A stretch of 63,212 nt of DNA, the filler included, from Chiloscyllium plagiosum (taxonomy: Eukaryota): the NCBI RefSeq assembly GCF_004010195.1. It is 5 parts of one record of this genome, joined end to end, with 100 filler letters (N's around TTAATTAATTAA, not from the genome) between each part and the next. Parts side by side here need not be neighbours in the genome. Positions count along the whole stretch, not along the records: positions 29,509 to 40,298 come from NC_057713.1; positions 40,399 to 49,265 come from NC_057713.1; 3 more parts are not named here. One strand, given 5' to 3'. The notes beneath the pieces were generated by a model. It saw only the letters and a list, made by a program, of their open reading frames with translations. It had not been told where the DNA came from and made no database searches. Positions 35,446-49,365 of the stretch are shown here, one piece after another. Numbering within the stretch: position 1 is the stretch's first letter; each line of letters begins with the position of its first letter. A program made the position numbers and the translations under genes.

Positions 35446-37715
35446 TATATAAGAGGCCATCCAAATTGTACCTCTGTATCATTAGCTTTGCAAAAATAAG
35501 ATCTCACTATCTAGTTCATCACTGAAATACAATGAATTTGTACAAATTGAAGCCTCAACACATAAAATAAATATCCAAACATACATATGCACATACAAAT
35601 TTAAAGTGTAAATAAACCATTTACCCTCTCAACCTTCAAGCCAGCTCCGTCATTCATTAAGCTCATGGCTAATATATTGGTGTTTCGACTCTGCATTCCT
35701 ATCTCTCCCCAGTATTCTTTGATTCTCTTGCCTAACAAGAATCTACCTACCACCACCTTAAAAATATTCACTAACCCCACCTTCACTGCCTCTGGGATAG
35801 AGTTACAAAGTTGCATGATGCCTGGAAAGAATATCCCTTGATCTCTGCCGTAAATGGGTGACCCCTAACTTTACATAGCATAATCTAATCTTGACTCACC
35901 CAAAAGTGCAAACAACATTTTCATGTCCACCTTGTCAAGACTGATCAGAATCTTATAACTTCAGTCATAGCACTCCTGGATCTTCTAAACAAAGTGAAAA
36001 CAGGAAAAAGTGAGGACTGCAGATGCTGGAGATCAGAGTCGAGAATGTGGTGCTGGAAAAGCACAGCAGGTCAGGCAGGTCCTGTGAACTGCCTCCAATG
36101 CATTTACCTCCTTCCTTAAATTAAGAGACCAAAACTACACAAATTATTTGAAATGTGGCCTGAATACTGGCATGTATAACTGAAGGTATTTCAAGACAAT
36201 CTCATCAAGGTAAACTTTTAATTGCATAGTAAGTGTTTTTTACGTTTCAGTGACACTGGAATTTTTCAAAGTCTTGAGTTTCGTTCCTTCAGGATTTGTG
36301 ATTGCTATTCATTCATGGGATGTTGACAATACTAGCTCAGCCAACATTTGTTCCCAATCCCTAATTGCTCTTGAGAAGGTGTTGCTGACCATCTTTTTGG
36401 AGTGTTGCAGTCCTTGTGATGTAGGTACACCTACTGTGCTGTTAGGATGGGCGTTCCAGGACTTTTAACCATTGACAATGAAGGAGTGGTGATGTATTTC
36501 AAAGTCAGAATGTTATGTGGCTCAAAGGGGAATTTGCAGTTGTGCTTCTATGGAGCTACTGCCCTTGTCCTTCTAAACGGTAGAGATTGTGGATTTGGAA
36601 CATGTTGTCAGTGGTGCTTGCAACCCTTCTTATTTCTACTACTCTGCTTCTGTGATGAAAGAGTTTAATAGTTGAAGGTGATGGTGCCTACTGAATGAGT
36701 TGTTTTATCCTGGATGGTGTTGAGCTTCTTAAGTGTTGTTGGAACTGTACTCATTCAGGAAAGTATTTTACCACATCCCTGACCTGTGCCTTGTTGATGG
36801 TGTATAGGCAGTGTAGGCAGTGAAGAACAAAATTTTGAGCCTCTGACCAGATCTTTTAGTCACAGTTCAGTTCATTTTTCTGGTCAATGTTTAACACCCA
36901 GGATTTTCATAATGAGGTATTCAGCGATTGTGGTACTTTTGAATGTCAAATAGCAAAGATTAGATTTTTGCTTGTTAGTGATGGTCATTGCCTGACCCAT
37001 ATGCAGTGCAAATGTAACTTGTCACTTATCAAACCAAGCTTGTTTGTTGTCCAGGTCTTTCTGCATATGGACAAAAGCTGCTTCAGTTTATGAGAAGTTG
37101 CAAAACACTGTACTACCATCAGCAAACTTTGAAGCTTCTGACTTTATGATGGAAGAAAGATCACTGATGAAGCATCTGAGGGTGTCTGGGCCTAGGATGC
37201 TACAGTGATGTCCTGGAACTGTGATGATTGGTGTCTAATAATCACAACCGTCCTCCTTTGTGCTCGGCATGAATCTAAGCTGACCTAAAAAACATGTAAA
37301 ATACCTTTCTTTTTGTTTCTTCCCACCATTTTAATCCATTCTTCCTTTCCATCTTTATTTCACTTTTTGCACTTGATTTGACCTTGAATTCATTCAATTA
37401 AGTTAAAATTGCTTCTCAGTCCTAATGCTGTTTATTTCACAATGCAAGCTGATTGATCAAGAAGATATACCATAGACTACCTTGTTATTCAAGTCCAAAT
37501 GCTAAGTTTCCACTGCTGCAATATTATCAAGCTCTCAATAACTTGGCAGACAAATTTTAAAATAAGCTGCAAGGACAAGTCTAATTAGTGGTATATTGTT
37601 CCAATATCTTCAAATTCCCTATCAATCTAGATTTATTTTTAATCCATTAACACAAACTATCAACATAGGAGAAGGATAATGCACTGAGTTGCACAATTAT
37701 TGAAGCTTTGCAGGC

Positions 37716-38873
37716 CACATCCTACCTCACTTTTCTCTTTTATAACATTCCTTAAAACCTACCATTTTGGCCAAACATTTTGTTTGGCAAGTAATTCTTT
37801 GACCTGATTTGTATAGAGTACAGCTTATAATTGAAGAGCAAAGGGACATGTACAAATGGGATGGTCTGCACCTGAACCACACTAGGGTCAATATCCTTGC
37901 AGGTAGGTTTGCTGTTGGGAGGAATTTAAACTGGAAGTTGGAAGGGGTCACAGAATATTGATGAAATGAACAAAGGAAATGATGACAAATTAGAATAATT
38001 ATTTTCATGTAACACAAGTTTGAGTATTTAGAAACACTGAGTAAAATAGAATCCCATTAATCCCCTAAAACAATAATTTCTAATACTTGCACCAAAGAAA
38101 ATTTCCATCTCTTCATACTTATTATGCTTTAATTCCTGTCTTGAGAATCTAATGACTTCTTTCTTGAGTTTTCATACAACTGAGCTTAGACTTTCTCAGC
38201 TATACATTAACTCCTTTAGAATTTTAGGTCTTGAACTTTAAAAAAATGACTTTTTACACTGACCTAATCTATTTCCTAACTGTTCTAAACTATCTCCTTT
38301 CTTTATCTGTAACCTTTTCACACATCCAGTTTCAACCAAGACTTTTGCAAAACTGCCAAACTGAAACCAAAAGATTGTTTTCCAAGTTATGGGTTTTTCC
38401 CATAGTTTCCCATTCAGTTCACTCATAAACTTGGGCAATGTAAACAAGTCCTCATTGCACATCATATATCTTTCCCTAATGCTGTGTTTTAAAATAAATT
38501 ATCTTGGCTACAGAAATATTTACAAGTTAACCATCAAACTCCTTCAGACATGCAGAACAAAATCCACAAGCCACTAGTTTAAATCCAAATTGTAAACTGT
38601 AAATAAATACAAATCATACAACTTGCATCACATCCTACCTCACTTTTCTCTTTTGCAACATTCCTTAAAACCTACCATTATGGCCAAACATTTTGTTGGC
38701 AAGTAATTCTTTGACTGATTTGTATAGAGTACAGCTTATAATTGAAGAGCAAAGGGACATGTATAAACAGGATGGTCTGCACCTGAACCACACTGGGGCC
38801 AACATCTTTGCAGGTAGGTTTGCTGTTGGCAGGAGTTTGGCAGGTGGAAGGGGTCACAGAATATTGATGAAAT
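37716..38873 (+). repeat. About 250-bp direct duplication (37716-37967 and 38629-38873)
   Basis: Both copies run cacatcctacctcacttttctc...cagaatattgatgaaat. The second continues into a CR1 ORF1 (DGLHLN)/endonuclease remnant. Confidence 0.9.
38264..38481 (-). pseudogene. Unknown decayed gene, exon 7 (may extend in frame to about 37970)
   Basis: Acceptor aaacacAG with a phase-2 start matching exon 6. 72 stop-free codons IRERYMMCNEDLFTLPKF...LEQLGNRL. Candidate donor AG|GTCAGT. Confidence 0.6.
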
Positions 38874-39625
38874 AGGAATTCATTTGGCTACAGTAAATGA
38901 AGTAAGTCAGAATGAGTTCAGCCATGTTGAGTTTCAAGAGAGTAAAGCAAGGATAGATGGTCTTTAATGCTAGGAGCGTACTAGGTAAGACTGATGAGTT
39001 AAAGACGTGGATTGACACATTGAAACAGGGATTGATGCATTGAAGTGTGATATTATTGCCATCACAGAAACATAGTTGAGGAAGGGCAAGTCAGCGCTCT
39101 AGGACATAGAATCTTTAGGCAAGACACAGGAGGGTATAAAAACGGTTGTGGAGTAGCACAATTAGTTAAGGAGTTAATTCCTGCAATAAAGAGAGATGAT
39201 AGCTGGAAGGATCTTCAAACGAAACTTGCAGGTGGAACCTAGTAATGTTAAGGGGGGAGGTCACATGACTGGGAGTGTATTATAACCCCCCAAAGAGTCA
39301 GTGGGAAATAGAGGAGCAAATATATAGACAGTTCACAAAGTGAGTTAGAGTAATAGTCACCTATGCTCTTGTTGTCTTCTTGTTGCTCCCCACTTTGCAG
39401 AAAGTTATGGTTGACCCCCACCCCATATTTCACCAGAGAACAATTGAGACATTTAAGGATGTTCCTTCTGCTGCTGGCATATTTTGAGCAGGGGAGGATT
39501 TTCTTCCAAGTTGGAAGGCTATCACGTAATCCCTGGCAGCCTCCATGTTACTGATGGATGGGTAGCCTCTTTCTTGGACACAAATCTGCCCACTGGTGAT
39601 ACTGCTATACTCCTCTGCCAACATC

Positions 39626-39720
39626 TGGATCAATGGTGCTGGAAGAGCACAGCAGTTCAGGCAGCGTCGAGGAGCTTCAGCAAAATCGACGTTTCGGGCA
39701 AAAGCCCTTCATCAGGAATA
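39626..39720 (-). mobile_element. Short Penelope-derived element with intact minimal hammerhead core
   Basis: Minus strand CTGATGA-AGGGC-tttt-GCCC-GAAACGTC at 39688-39715. Confidence 0.8.
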
Positions 39721-40835
39721 AAGCTCCATGTGATGACAGGGCCTGCTGGGTGGGGGGGTTGTGGTAAGGACATGGGGAAAGTGCTTGGGTGCTAAAATTA
39801 TTGAACTAGATATTGACTTCACAAGGTTACAGAAGTGACCCTGAACTTCCAGTTGCCTGTCACTTTATCACCCCACCCTGTTCCTTGGCCATCGTCTCTA
39901 TATTGGGCTTGCTGCAACGTTCCAGCCAAGCTCAGCACAAGCTGGAAGAACCGCACCTCACGTACTGACTGGGAACTCTCCAGCCTTCTGGACTCAATAT
40001 CAAGTTCAATAATTTCAGGGCCATGTCCATGTCCTTACCCCAACCCCTCACACACTAGGCCCCGTTATCGTGGATTTGAATCATTGAATCCCTATCGGGC
40101 AGATAAATGCCATTTGGCCCATCGAATCTGCACTGACCCGCTGAAGAGCATCCCACCCAGACCCACACCCCCCATTTTAACAATGGCCAATCCACCTGAC
40201 CTGCACATTGTTGGACTGTGGGAGGAAACCAGAGCACCCAGAGGAAACCCACGTAGATACGGGGAGAATGTGCAAACTCCGCACAGACAGTGTGAGAGNN
40301 NNNNNNNNNNNNNNNNNNNNNNNNNNNNNNNNNNNNNNNNNNTTAATTAATTAANNNNNNNNNNNNNNNNNNNNNNNNNNNNNNNNNNNNNNNNNNNNCT
40401 TGGATGGGTATATGAATAGGAAGGGTTTGGAGGTATATGGGCCGGGTGCTGGCAGGTGGGACTAGATTGGGTTGGGATATCTGGTCGGCATGGATGGGTT
40501 GGACCGAAGGGTCTGTTTCCATGCTGTACATCTCTATGACTCTATGACTCTATAAGCCAATGTTGGGGTTTTACTGTTTTTATATTACCATGTCATCATT
40601 TCTGACATATCAAGAGGTGGAGCAGTATGGGACTTCAGCTCTAAGGTATAAATGTGTGAGGACAGCTAAGTCAGGCAGTTACTTGACTAGTTTGTGGAAT
40701 AGCTCTCCCAATTTTTGAATAGACCCCAAGATGTTTATTAGTAAGAATTTGCACCATCGACTGGGCAGGGAATGCTTTTGTCATTTTCATGCCTCAGTCA
40801 AGGTTAGGTAATTCATCCAGTTTTATTTAATTAAA

Positions 40836-41110
40836 TTAGATTAGATTTCCTGCAATGTGAAAACAGGCCCTTTGGTCCAACAAGTCCACACCGACTCTCC
40901 AAAGAGTAACTCACCCAGACCCATTTCTCTCTGACTAATATACCTACCACTATGGGCAATTTAGCATGGCCAATTCACCTGGCCTGCACATCTTTGGACT
41001 GTGGGAGGAAACCGGAGCACCTGGAGGATACCCATGCAGGCACAGGGAGAATGTGCAAACTCTACACAGACAGTTGCCCAAGGCTGGAATTGAACCTGGT
41101 TCCCTGGCAC
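40836..41110 (-). mobile_element. HE1-like V-SINE (further partial copies at 29509-29728 and 40075-40298)
   Basis: V-domain and tail match the other copies. Confidence 0.85.
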
Positions 41111-41669
41111 TTTCATTCCAGATCTTATTGTATTCTTATTTCACCATCTGCAATGCTATGATTCAAACCCATGTCCAGGGACATTAGCCCAGGGTTCTAG
41201 ATTCCTAGCCCAATGACATTATCACTAGGTCATCACCTCTCTTTAATTTGAAATCTTGCGTCCCTTAACATATCCTACTTATTTTAAGGAATAGATCGCA
41301 ATTTCTGGATCATTATACTGGATAGCTTGCAGTGAAATAAGGATGACAGGTTTTTTCCCCTGAGGGATATTTTACAACAATCTAATAGTTTAGTGATAAT
41401 CATCAATGAGACTAATTACTCCAGATTCATGAACTTAATCTCCCCAACACCCATGGCGGGTTTCAATTCATGTATGCCGAACATTTAGCTGGCTGTTTTG
41501 ATTATTAAGCCAATAATATTCCCATTGTATTGTCATCCCTCTGTGCAAGGACTGAAGTGGGAGGAGGGTCCACAAATATCTCATCCCCAATGATGGGAGA
41601 CGCTGGCACAGTGCAAAAGATAAGGCTGAAATATGCATAACATGCTTTAGCCAGAAGTGCATCTTGGCC

Positions 41670-43230
41670 TTCTCCAGTGTTCCTCAGCATCACAGATGTC
41701 AGGTTTCAACCAGTTTGATTCATTTGATGTGATACCAAAAAATATTGGAGGCTCAGAATGCTGCAAAATTTATAGAGCCTGACAACTTTCTCACAAGATT
41801 ATTGAAGATATGTACTCCAGAACTTGCTGCTTCCCTAGCCAAGCTGCTTCGATACAACTACAACCCTGGTATCTACACAAGTATGTGAAAAGGTATGTCT
41901 TATATACAAAAAAGCAGGACTAATCTAGACCAGCCAATTACCACCCCATTCATCTACTCTCAATCATTAGTAAAGTAATAGAAGACATCAATAGCAGTGC
42001 CATTTAGCATTACTGGCTTTGTAAAGATCTGTCAGGACCATTCACCTCTTGACATCTTTAAAGTCTTATTTCAAATTTGAACAAAAGAATTCCAGAGATG
42101 AGGTGTGAGTGACTGCCCCTGACATCAAGGCCTTATTTGATCAAGTGTGTCATCAAGGAGCCCCAGCAAAACTGGTATCAGTGAAATGCAATGGGAAGGC
42201 ACCCCACTGGTTGGATTCCTACCTGGCACATAGGAAGATGGTCATAGTTGTTGGAGGTCAGTTACCTCAGCTCCAGGACTTCTCTGTAGGAATGTCCTCA
42301 GGTAATGCCCTTGGCTCAACCATCTTTAGCTGCTTCATCAATGACATTCCCCCCATCATAAAGTCAGAAGTGGGGATGTTTGCTGATGATTGCACATCAG
42401 CACCATTCACGACTCTCAGATACTGAAGCAGTCCATGGCCAAATGTAGCAAAACCTGGCTGGGGCTGTCAAATAGAAGGTAACATATGTAGCAGATGAAT
42501 GCCAGAGAATGATCATCTCCAACAAGAGAGAAACTAACCAATGTCCCTTGACATCCAATGGTATCACTATCACTGACTCTCCCAATATCAACATCCTGGG
42601 CATTTACCATTGACAGAAATTCAACTGGACCAGTTCATAAAAATATATTGGCTACATGAGAAGATCAAAGGCTAGGAATCTTGAATTTCCTGACTTTCTA
42701 AAATCTGTCCACCATCAATAAAGCACAAGTCAGGGGAGATGGAAAGCACAAGTCAGGAGAGATGGAATAATCCCTATTTGCCTGAATTAGTGTAGCTCTA
42801 ACAAAACTCAAGAAGCTTGACAGCATCTAGGATGAAACAATCTATTTGATTTGCACCACGTCCACTCCCTTCACCACCAATGCTGAGTAGCAGCAATGTG
42901 TACCATCTACAAGATGCACTGCAGAAATTCATCAAAGATCTTTAAACAACAGTTATCAAATCCACAACTATTACTATCTAGAAGAACAAGAGCATCAGAT
43001 ACATGAAATACCACCACTTGCAAGTTCCCCTTCAAGCTACTCACCATCCTAACTCAGAGGTATATTGATTTTCCTCAAGCATTGTTGGGTCAAAATCCCG
43101 GAACCCCTTCACTAAAAGCATTGTGACCGATTCTATACCAGAAGGAATGCAGCAGTTCAATAAGGCAGCTCACCACTACCTTCTCAAGGGCAACTAGGGA
43201 TGGGGAAAATTACTGGTCAGCCAGCACAAT
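41670..43230 (+). mobile_element. Old CR1/L2-group LINE RT remnant (related fragments at about 880-1370, 36308-37275 and 55885-56220, minus strand)
   Basis: DIKALFDQV..VVGGQ..IFSCFIND..GMFADDCT. Confidence 0.8.
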
Positions 43231-43268
43231 ATATAAGTGAATAAAAGAAATTCCCTGCTTTTTTACAC

Positions 43269-43680
43269 CTGCTTTTCTTCTGCAAGAATTCTTCAATTAG
43301 CCGATCAGCCTGTTTATTCTGTTGCTGAAAGCTATAAGGTCTATTACAGAGGTTGCCAAATTCAAAGTGACATCAGAAATTGGGAAATCTATGATCAAGT
43401 GCCCGCTAAATCATTGTGAGCAATTTTTTCCAGTGGTTAGTAATGAGTGTCATTCCTTCATCACTGACGCAAAGTCTAAGCCAATATACTGAGGGTACAG
43501 AATCCAATTTGTTTTGGTAATTGTGACTTTGTCTTCTACATTGAACCTTGCAAGAAGTTATTACTGATTTTATGAAACTTTTTAGTTGAGCTACTTCTAA
43601 CAGCTTAAGTGAACAAAGAACACACGTTACTTTGACTCTGTCAGCTGTCTCAACATTGATATATTAATGCCATGGATATT
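43269..43680 (-). pseudogene. Unknown decayed gene, exon 6
   Basis: Acceptor ttgaaacAG, phase 1 in and phase 2 out. One frame with 3 stops in about 137 codons: YPWH*YINVETADRVKVTCVLCSLKLLEVAQLKSFIKSV...HRFPNF*CHFEFGNLC...EEFLQKKS. Confidence 0.6.
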
Positions 43681-43827
43681 CTGTTTCAATTTAGTTAAAA
43701 CAAGGGACACAAATACTTACTAAAAATTAATTTCTTCCTTGCATTCACTTTGTTTCAATTTAAGGATGCAGTTTGAACTGTTCTTTCACCTAAAGAATAA
43801 AGATGGAACAAATAGGAGTTAATTATG

Positions 43828-44133
43828 AGTGGCACAGTGGTTAGCACTGCTGCCTCACAGCGCCAGAGACCCAGGTTCAATTCCCGCCTTAGGCAACTGT
43901 CTGTGTGGAGTTTGCACATTCTCCCCATGTCTGCTCTGGTTTCCTCCCACATTCCAAATGATGTGCTGGTCAGGTGAATTGGCCATGGTAAATTGCTCGT
44001 AGTGTTAGGTGAAGAATGGGTCTGGGTGGGTTGCTCTTAGGAGGGTTGGTGTGGACTTGTTGGGCTGAAGGGCCTGTTGGTTGGTGTGGACTTGTTGGGC
44101 TGAAGGGCCTGTTTCCACGCTGTAAGTAATCTA
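43828..44133 (+). mobile_element. HE1-like V-SINE with duplicated tail segment
   Basis: Head and V-domain present; ggttggtgtggacttgttgggctgaagggcctgtt occurs twice. Confidence 0.9.
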
Positions 44134-45051
44134 AAAATTGGGAGAAGAAAGGTAACCAGGTTGATTGATGAAGCCTTAGAATTCTTTTTCTTGGCTCCAG
44201 TATTTGGATTAATGTCTGGTTTGCTGCAGCCCCTCTAGTTGGCAGACTGCCATTACCACTTTGTTGGTTTAGCTGAAAAACATTCCATTATCGCTCTCAG
44301 GGCTTCAATTCATGATTCATTTCCATCAGCCTCCTTCTTCCATTATATAATCTACTGTGCTAGTAATCAGTTTGTACAGAAAATCCATGAAACCAGTGTA
44401 ACATGACAGTCAAATTGATTTCTTTGCAGTACAAGTTGACAGTATTTTCACTGATGCATGGCTGTGCTGTGTTAATTCTATGTATATTGTTGAGATCATT
44501 CTATTTCTGAAAAATGCTAATGGATAATTTAAGAAAAAGGCAAACAATCAGGCAGATTTATTGTCAAAACAAGAAATACTTTGACGTTAGATAAATCAGC
44601 TTATGGTGATCAAGCAAGCTATATACTCTGTGGTAAGCGGATAATAAACTGCCCACAGTTATAGCTTTTACATCTACTGAGAAAGTCACTCAGCTATTTC
44701 TTCAGTAATAAAACAACAATGGTTCAGAGGGCCATTTTAATCCAAGATTTCATATGCACAAACTTTAGAAGTTTTTTCTAAGACCACAAGTCATTTCATA
44801 AACTTCAATGTTAAAATAACTGCGCAGTTATCTTTAAAGCAAAATCTAATTTTTTGCTATAATAATTTGGATATCAGATGGGAGGAAGGATGAAGTGCCA
44901 AACACAATAAGGTTGGTTATGTTAAGTGTAGTTGTGCTTTGATATGTTAATTTTTAGAAAGCAGTCTGCTTGGAAATCCAGAATTCATAAAGCATCAAAA
45001 TTAATATGAAACTTACCTAATTTGAAATGCCATTTATTTTAAATCCTGTAC

Positions 45052-45224
45052 CTTTTCCAAATTGTTTGAATTTGATCCAAGTAGGTATGTAATGGTAAAG
45101 TCAATTAAATATTGGCCTTTCAGCTTTTGGATACTGTTCCAAACTTAGAAAGATAGATTGGATTAAAGCATCTCTGTTAAACATGTTAAATTAAATGAAT
45201 TTGCAGTCCGAGTTTATTTCTAAT
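45052..45224 (-). pseudogene. Unknown decayed gene, exon 5 (alternative donor GTAAGT at 45016)
   Basis: Strong acceptor tttgttttattgcAG. LEINSDCKFI*FNMFNRDALIQSIFLSLEQYPKAERPIFN*LYHYIPTWIKFKQFGK. Phase 2 in and phase 1 out. Confidence 0.62.
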
Positions 45225-45314
45225 CTGCAATAAAACAAAGGCATAGATTTTAACATTGGTCATAAAAAGAGAATTACTTGTAAAATTAAAGAACAGTTTT
45301 TCCTGTAAAAGTAC

Positions 45315-45568
45315 CAAGCAAGGGGAAAACAGTTCAGTTTTGTTTCCATGTTTGGAAACATGGAAGCCATTTTGTGTCAAAGTCAATTTTGCAAAACCTT
45401 TTGACAAATCGGAGGGAATTTGGTTCGATTTTTCTTCTATCGAAGATTTATGGGTAGTTCTGGGCTATATGCTTTGGTCTTAAATGAGATAATACCATGA
45501 GTATAATGGATAGTCTGTAAATATCTCTGCAGATTTGTATTTCTGTTGACTTCCCTTGTGTTACATGT
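45315..45568 (-). pseudogene. Unknown decayed gene, exon 4
   Basis: Strong acceptor tttttggtttttcccAG. TCNTREVNRNTNLQRYLQTIHYTHGIISFK...CQKVLQN*L*HKMASMFPNMETKLNCFPLA. 90-nt intron to exon 5. Confidence 0.6.
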
Positions 45569-48500
45569 CTGGGAAAAACCAAAAACAACCCCTCAGATGC
45601 ATTCACTTGGATGAATACTATTAAATGTTAACCTGAGACTTTATTTTCTTGGTATCTGTTCTTAGGTCTGGTTTTCCAGATTTGGGCCTGGAGTGGAATC
45701 CTCATATTGATTAGACATAGCACATAAAATAATTAGAAAAATAAATGTACAATGTAGACTGTCAATCAAATAATGTCTCTCCACTTGGTACAATTATAGG
45801 CAAAACAAGCTGTTTGGAATTAAATAAATTTTCACCTTTATGCTTAACTGTCAAGTTAAAAATAGTTGTAAAACAATGAATGGTATGATTGTTTTGTGAT
45901 AGTGTTGAAAGAATAGTCCTTATAAATGAACTATGTACAATGTAACAAAAAAATGGATAAAGCATCTATGGCTAAACTGAACAGACAATATAAGGACTGT
46001 ACATAAAGTTAAGCAAGTGTCATAAAGCAGGTATATCTTTTATCTGGGCCCAGCTCACTCTCGTTTTCCATATAAGTTCCTGATTCCCTCAGCTGAATTA
46101 AGCATAGAGTCTTTACAGAACAAGAGGAGGGTTTATCATTTCTCACACTTTACCATTCGGCCTTTTATGACTGAGCTGGTGGTATACAAGAGCTACTCAG
46201 CTCCTTCCAATTCCCCATCTCTTCAGTTCTGCAAACCCTTTTCTCTTGACAAAATGATCTATTTCCATTTGAAAACCATCAGTCTAGTCCACCATAATCT
46301 CACAAGGTGAACCACAGATACTAATGAGAAATGGAGTAAAAACAATTTTCCTCATTTTGTTTCGCTGAATGGCTAGCAACCCACTCTCACAATGGCAACA
46401 GTTCTCTCCATTGACTTGTTCAAACCTTTCATGGTTTTGAGCACCTCTATCAAATCTCACCTTGACCTTCTCTTCAGTAAGAAGAACAACCCAGTTTTTA
46501 TCGATTTAACTGAAGTTTCTTAATCTTTGGAATCATTGGTGTAAAAAAAAAACATAAATTGCTGGAGAAACTCAGCAGTATCTGTAGAGAGAAAACAGAG
46601 TTAATGTTATGGGTCCAGTGACTCTTCTTCAGAATGGTTCTCTCTACTTCCCAGTCCTGGTAACATTGCGGCCATGGTTCTGAAATGGCAATTAGATCAC
46701 ACCCTTATATCTCTAGTTTGCTATTAGATCTTGTGCTACATGCTGCACATAATCAGGTCGAGTGTACCTAACTTTGTCCTTTTTACAATTGGTTCCCATC
46801 CTCCTGACAAGCTAATTTAAACCTACCCCAACAGAACTAGAAAATTTCCCTGCAAAGGTATCAGTCCCAGCTCTGTTAAAGTACAACCGGGCCCAGTTTG
46901 TACAGGCTCCACTTGCCTCAGAACCAGTCCTGATTCCTCAGAAATCTGATAGTTTCTCTCCTGCCAAACACCATTCTTACAGCCTGGTATTCAATCAATC
47001 CTTCAGTTCATGTGTTCACCAGCAGATGGCACTGCGAGTAATTGTGAGATTACTGATCTTGAGGTCTTGTTTTCAATTTCCTTTCTAACTCTCTAAAATT
47101 GCTGTAAGGAGCTTATTCCTCTTCCTATCACTATCCTATATTGGCACCAATATAGATCGCAAACTCTGGCTTAATCCCTTCTCCCCAGATAAATGTCTTG
47201 CAACAACTCCAAAACATCCTTGAATCTGGCACCAGGAAGGTAACACCATCTTGGAGGTCTGTTCAACGTCTGCCTGATTCTCTGTCTATGATCCTCTATG
47301 ACTATTGCTCTGCTATTGTTTATCCTCCTCTCCTGTACAATGGAGTTGCCTATAGTGCCAGGAGCTTGGTCCTCTGAAGAACGACTGCCCTAATCAGTTT
47401 CCAAAATAGAATACTGATTAGCAAATGAGATCAACTCAGGGGACAAAAACAGAAATTTCTGGAGAAACTCGGCAGGTCTGACAGTTTTCGTAGAGAGAAA
47501 GCGGAGTTAACCTTTTGGGTCCAGTGAGCCCTCTTCAGAACAGGGACTCAGAGGAGTCAGAGACACCTGCACTACCCATTCCCTCTTTGCCCGTATGTCT
47601 CTAAGTTGCCATGTGACCACCATCTTTAACACACTGTAGTACTGTGTCTCATGGACATCTTTAGTTATGTCGGTGCAGACTCGGTGGGCTGGATGGCCTT
47701 TTCTGTGCTGTATGACCCTATGTGATTCTGCTATCCATGTTCTGAAACCCAGAGCTCATACTTGTACAACCGGTGACACTACTGGCAGATATTTGTCTGG
47801 GACTCATGGTCTTTCCAAACAGAGCTGCAAAGCATTAGAGACATAGTCATATAGCATGGAAATGGACCCTTTGATCCAACTCATCCATGTGGACCAGATA
47901 TTTCTTAATAAATTTGCAAGTATTTTATATCAATGATGCTGAGAAGGTATGTCCATATCTCTGAGAGAGGAACACATAACATTAGATTGAAAATGGAGTG
48001 ATTCTGCAACCTGCATTTCTGGCTAGTGAGGTTTTGCACTAGCAATGATTCTCTCAAAACTTACTCTGTAACATTCACAAATAAATACAGTACATTTTGG
48101 AGATGATTACCTAGCAATAAGTACATGAAGCAAACTATCAGAAAACAAAAATATTTATATTTAGTAATCATTTACATTTCCTATTGTATTGGTCTTTAGA
48201 TATTGAGAGTGAAGCCTATATTAATTGCCCTAAAATTAGGGCAGAATTTTAACTATTTTTCACTACAGTATTATTCTTGGTAGACAAACTACCTACCAGG
48301 AATTTTTCAACAATTTTCTTCAAATCCTTTTGACTGGTCTATGTGTCAAGTTTGAAATACATCATAAATGTTTAGAACACATTCTGTTTTCTCTTTTATT
48401 AGTTATGAAGACATTAGACCTCCTATGTTTGCCTGTTTTTCTCTTGGGAAAGCTGCAACATGCCAAAAAATGGATCTTTCAAACCAATGCCAATCACACT

Positions 48501-48819
48501 GGATTTCTGGTTTATATTTTGATATCTATTTTCCATGATTATATTCCTCAGAATCAAAGAGCCATGCTGGAAGTTTTTAAAAAGGTTTTATTTTCTTTAC
48601 TGATGAATATTTTACTCAAGATATAGTTAAACTTTGGTAACACCATTGTGAAATGCCTTGGGACATTTTATCAGACTAAAGGCACCACCAAAATACAAAT
48701 TGCTGTTGGGTGTAATCAGATAAAGAGACATTGGGATAACTGGCCGGTTAAACAGGGTTTAAGCAGCAACTTAAAAGTAGTTAGTGACAGGCAAAGATGA
48801 AATGTAATATTTTAATTTT

Positions 48820-49265
48820 GATTTGGAGATGCCGGTGTTGGACTGGGGTGTATAAAGTTAAAAATCACACAACACCAGGTTATAGTCCAACAGGTTTAAT
48901 TGGAAGCACACTAGCTTTTGGAGCGATGCTCCTTCATCAGGTGGTTGTGGAGGGCTCGATCGTAACATGGAATTTATAGCAAAAAATTTGCAGTGTGATG
49001 TAACTGAAATTATACATTGAAAAATTGATTGTCTATTAAGCCTTTCATCTGTTAGAATACAGTGATAGTTTCACTTTTTTTCATGTGTAAATCACAAAAC
49101 CTTTTTTATAAAGTTGCATTCTCGGGTTAGCTGTTAACAATAGCTGGACAATATGTTGAAGGTGTTGGCCCCCTGTGTTCTCTGTCTATGCCATGATGTT
49201 TAGATTGATTCTAATCTAAAAAGTGAGATAACAGAGTTTTACATAAATTCATGCAGTTTTTGAGC
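48820..49265 (-). mobile_element. Penelope-like pLTR fragment
   Basis: Reverse complement of the 10454 and 34617 family. Degenerate hammerhead core at 48911-48940. Confidence 0.78.
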
Positions 49266-49365
49266 NNNNNNNNNNNNNNNNNNNNNNNNNNNNNNNNNNN
49301 NNNNNNNNNTTAATTAATTAANNNNNNNNNNNNNNNNNNNNNNNNNNNNNNNNNNNNNNNNNNNN

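Noticed and set aside
44140..44390. Protein-like minus-strand reading between exons 5 and 6 of the dead gene
   Set aside because: No convincing splice sites, and exons 5 and 6 already join in phase without it.
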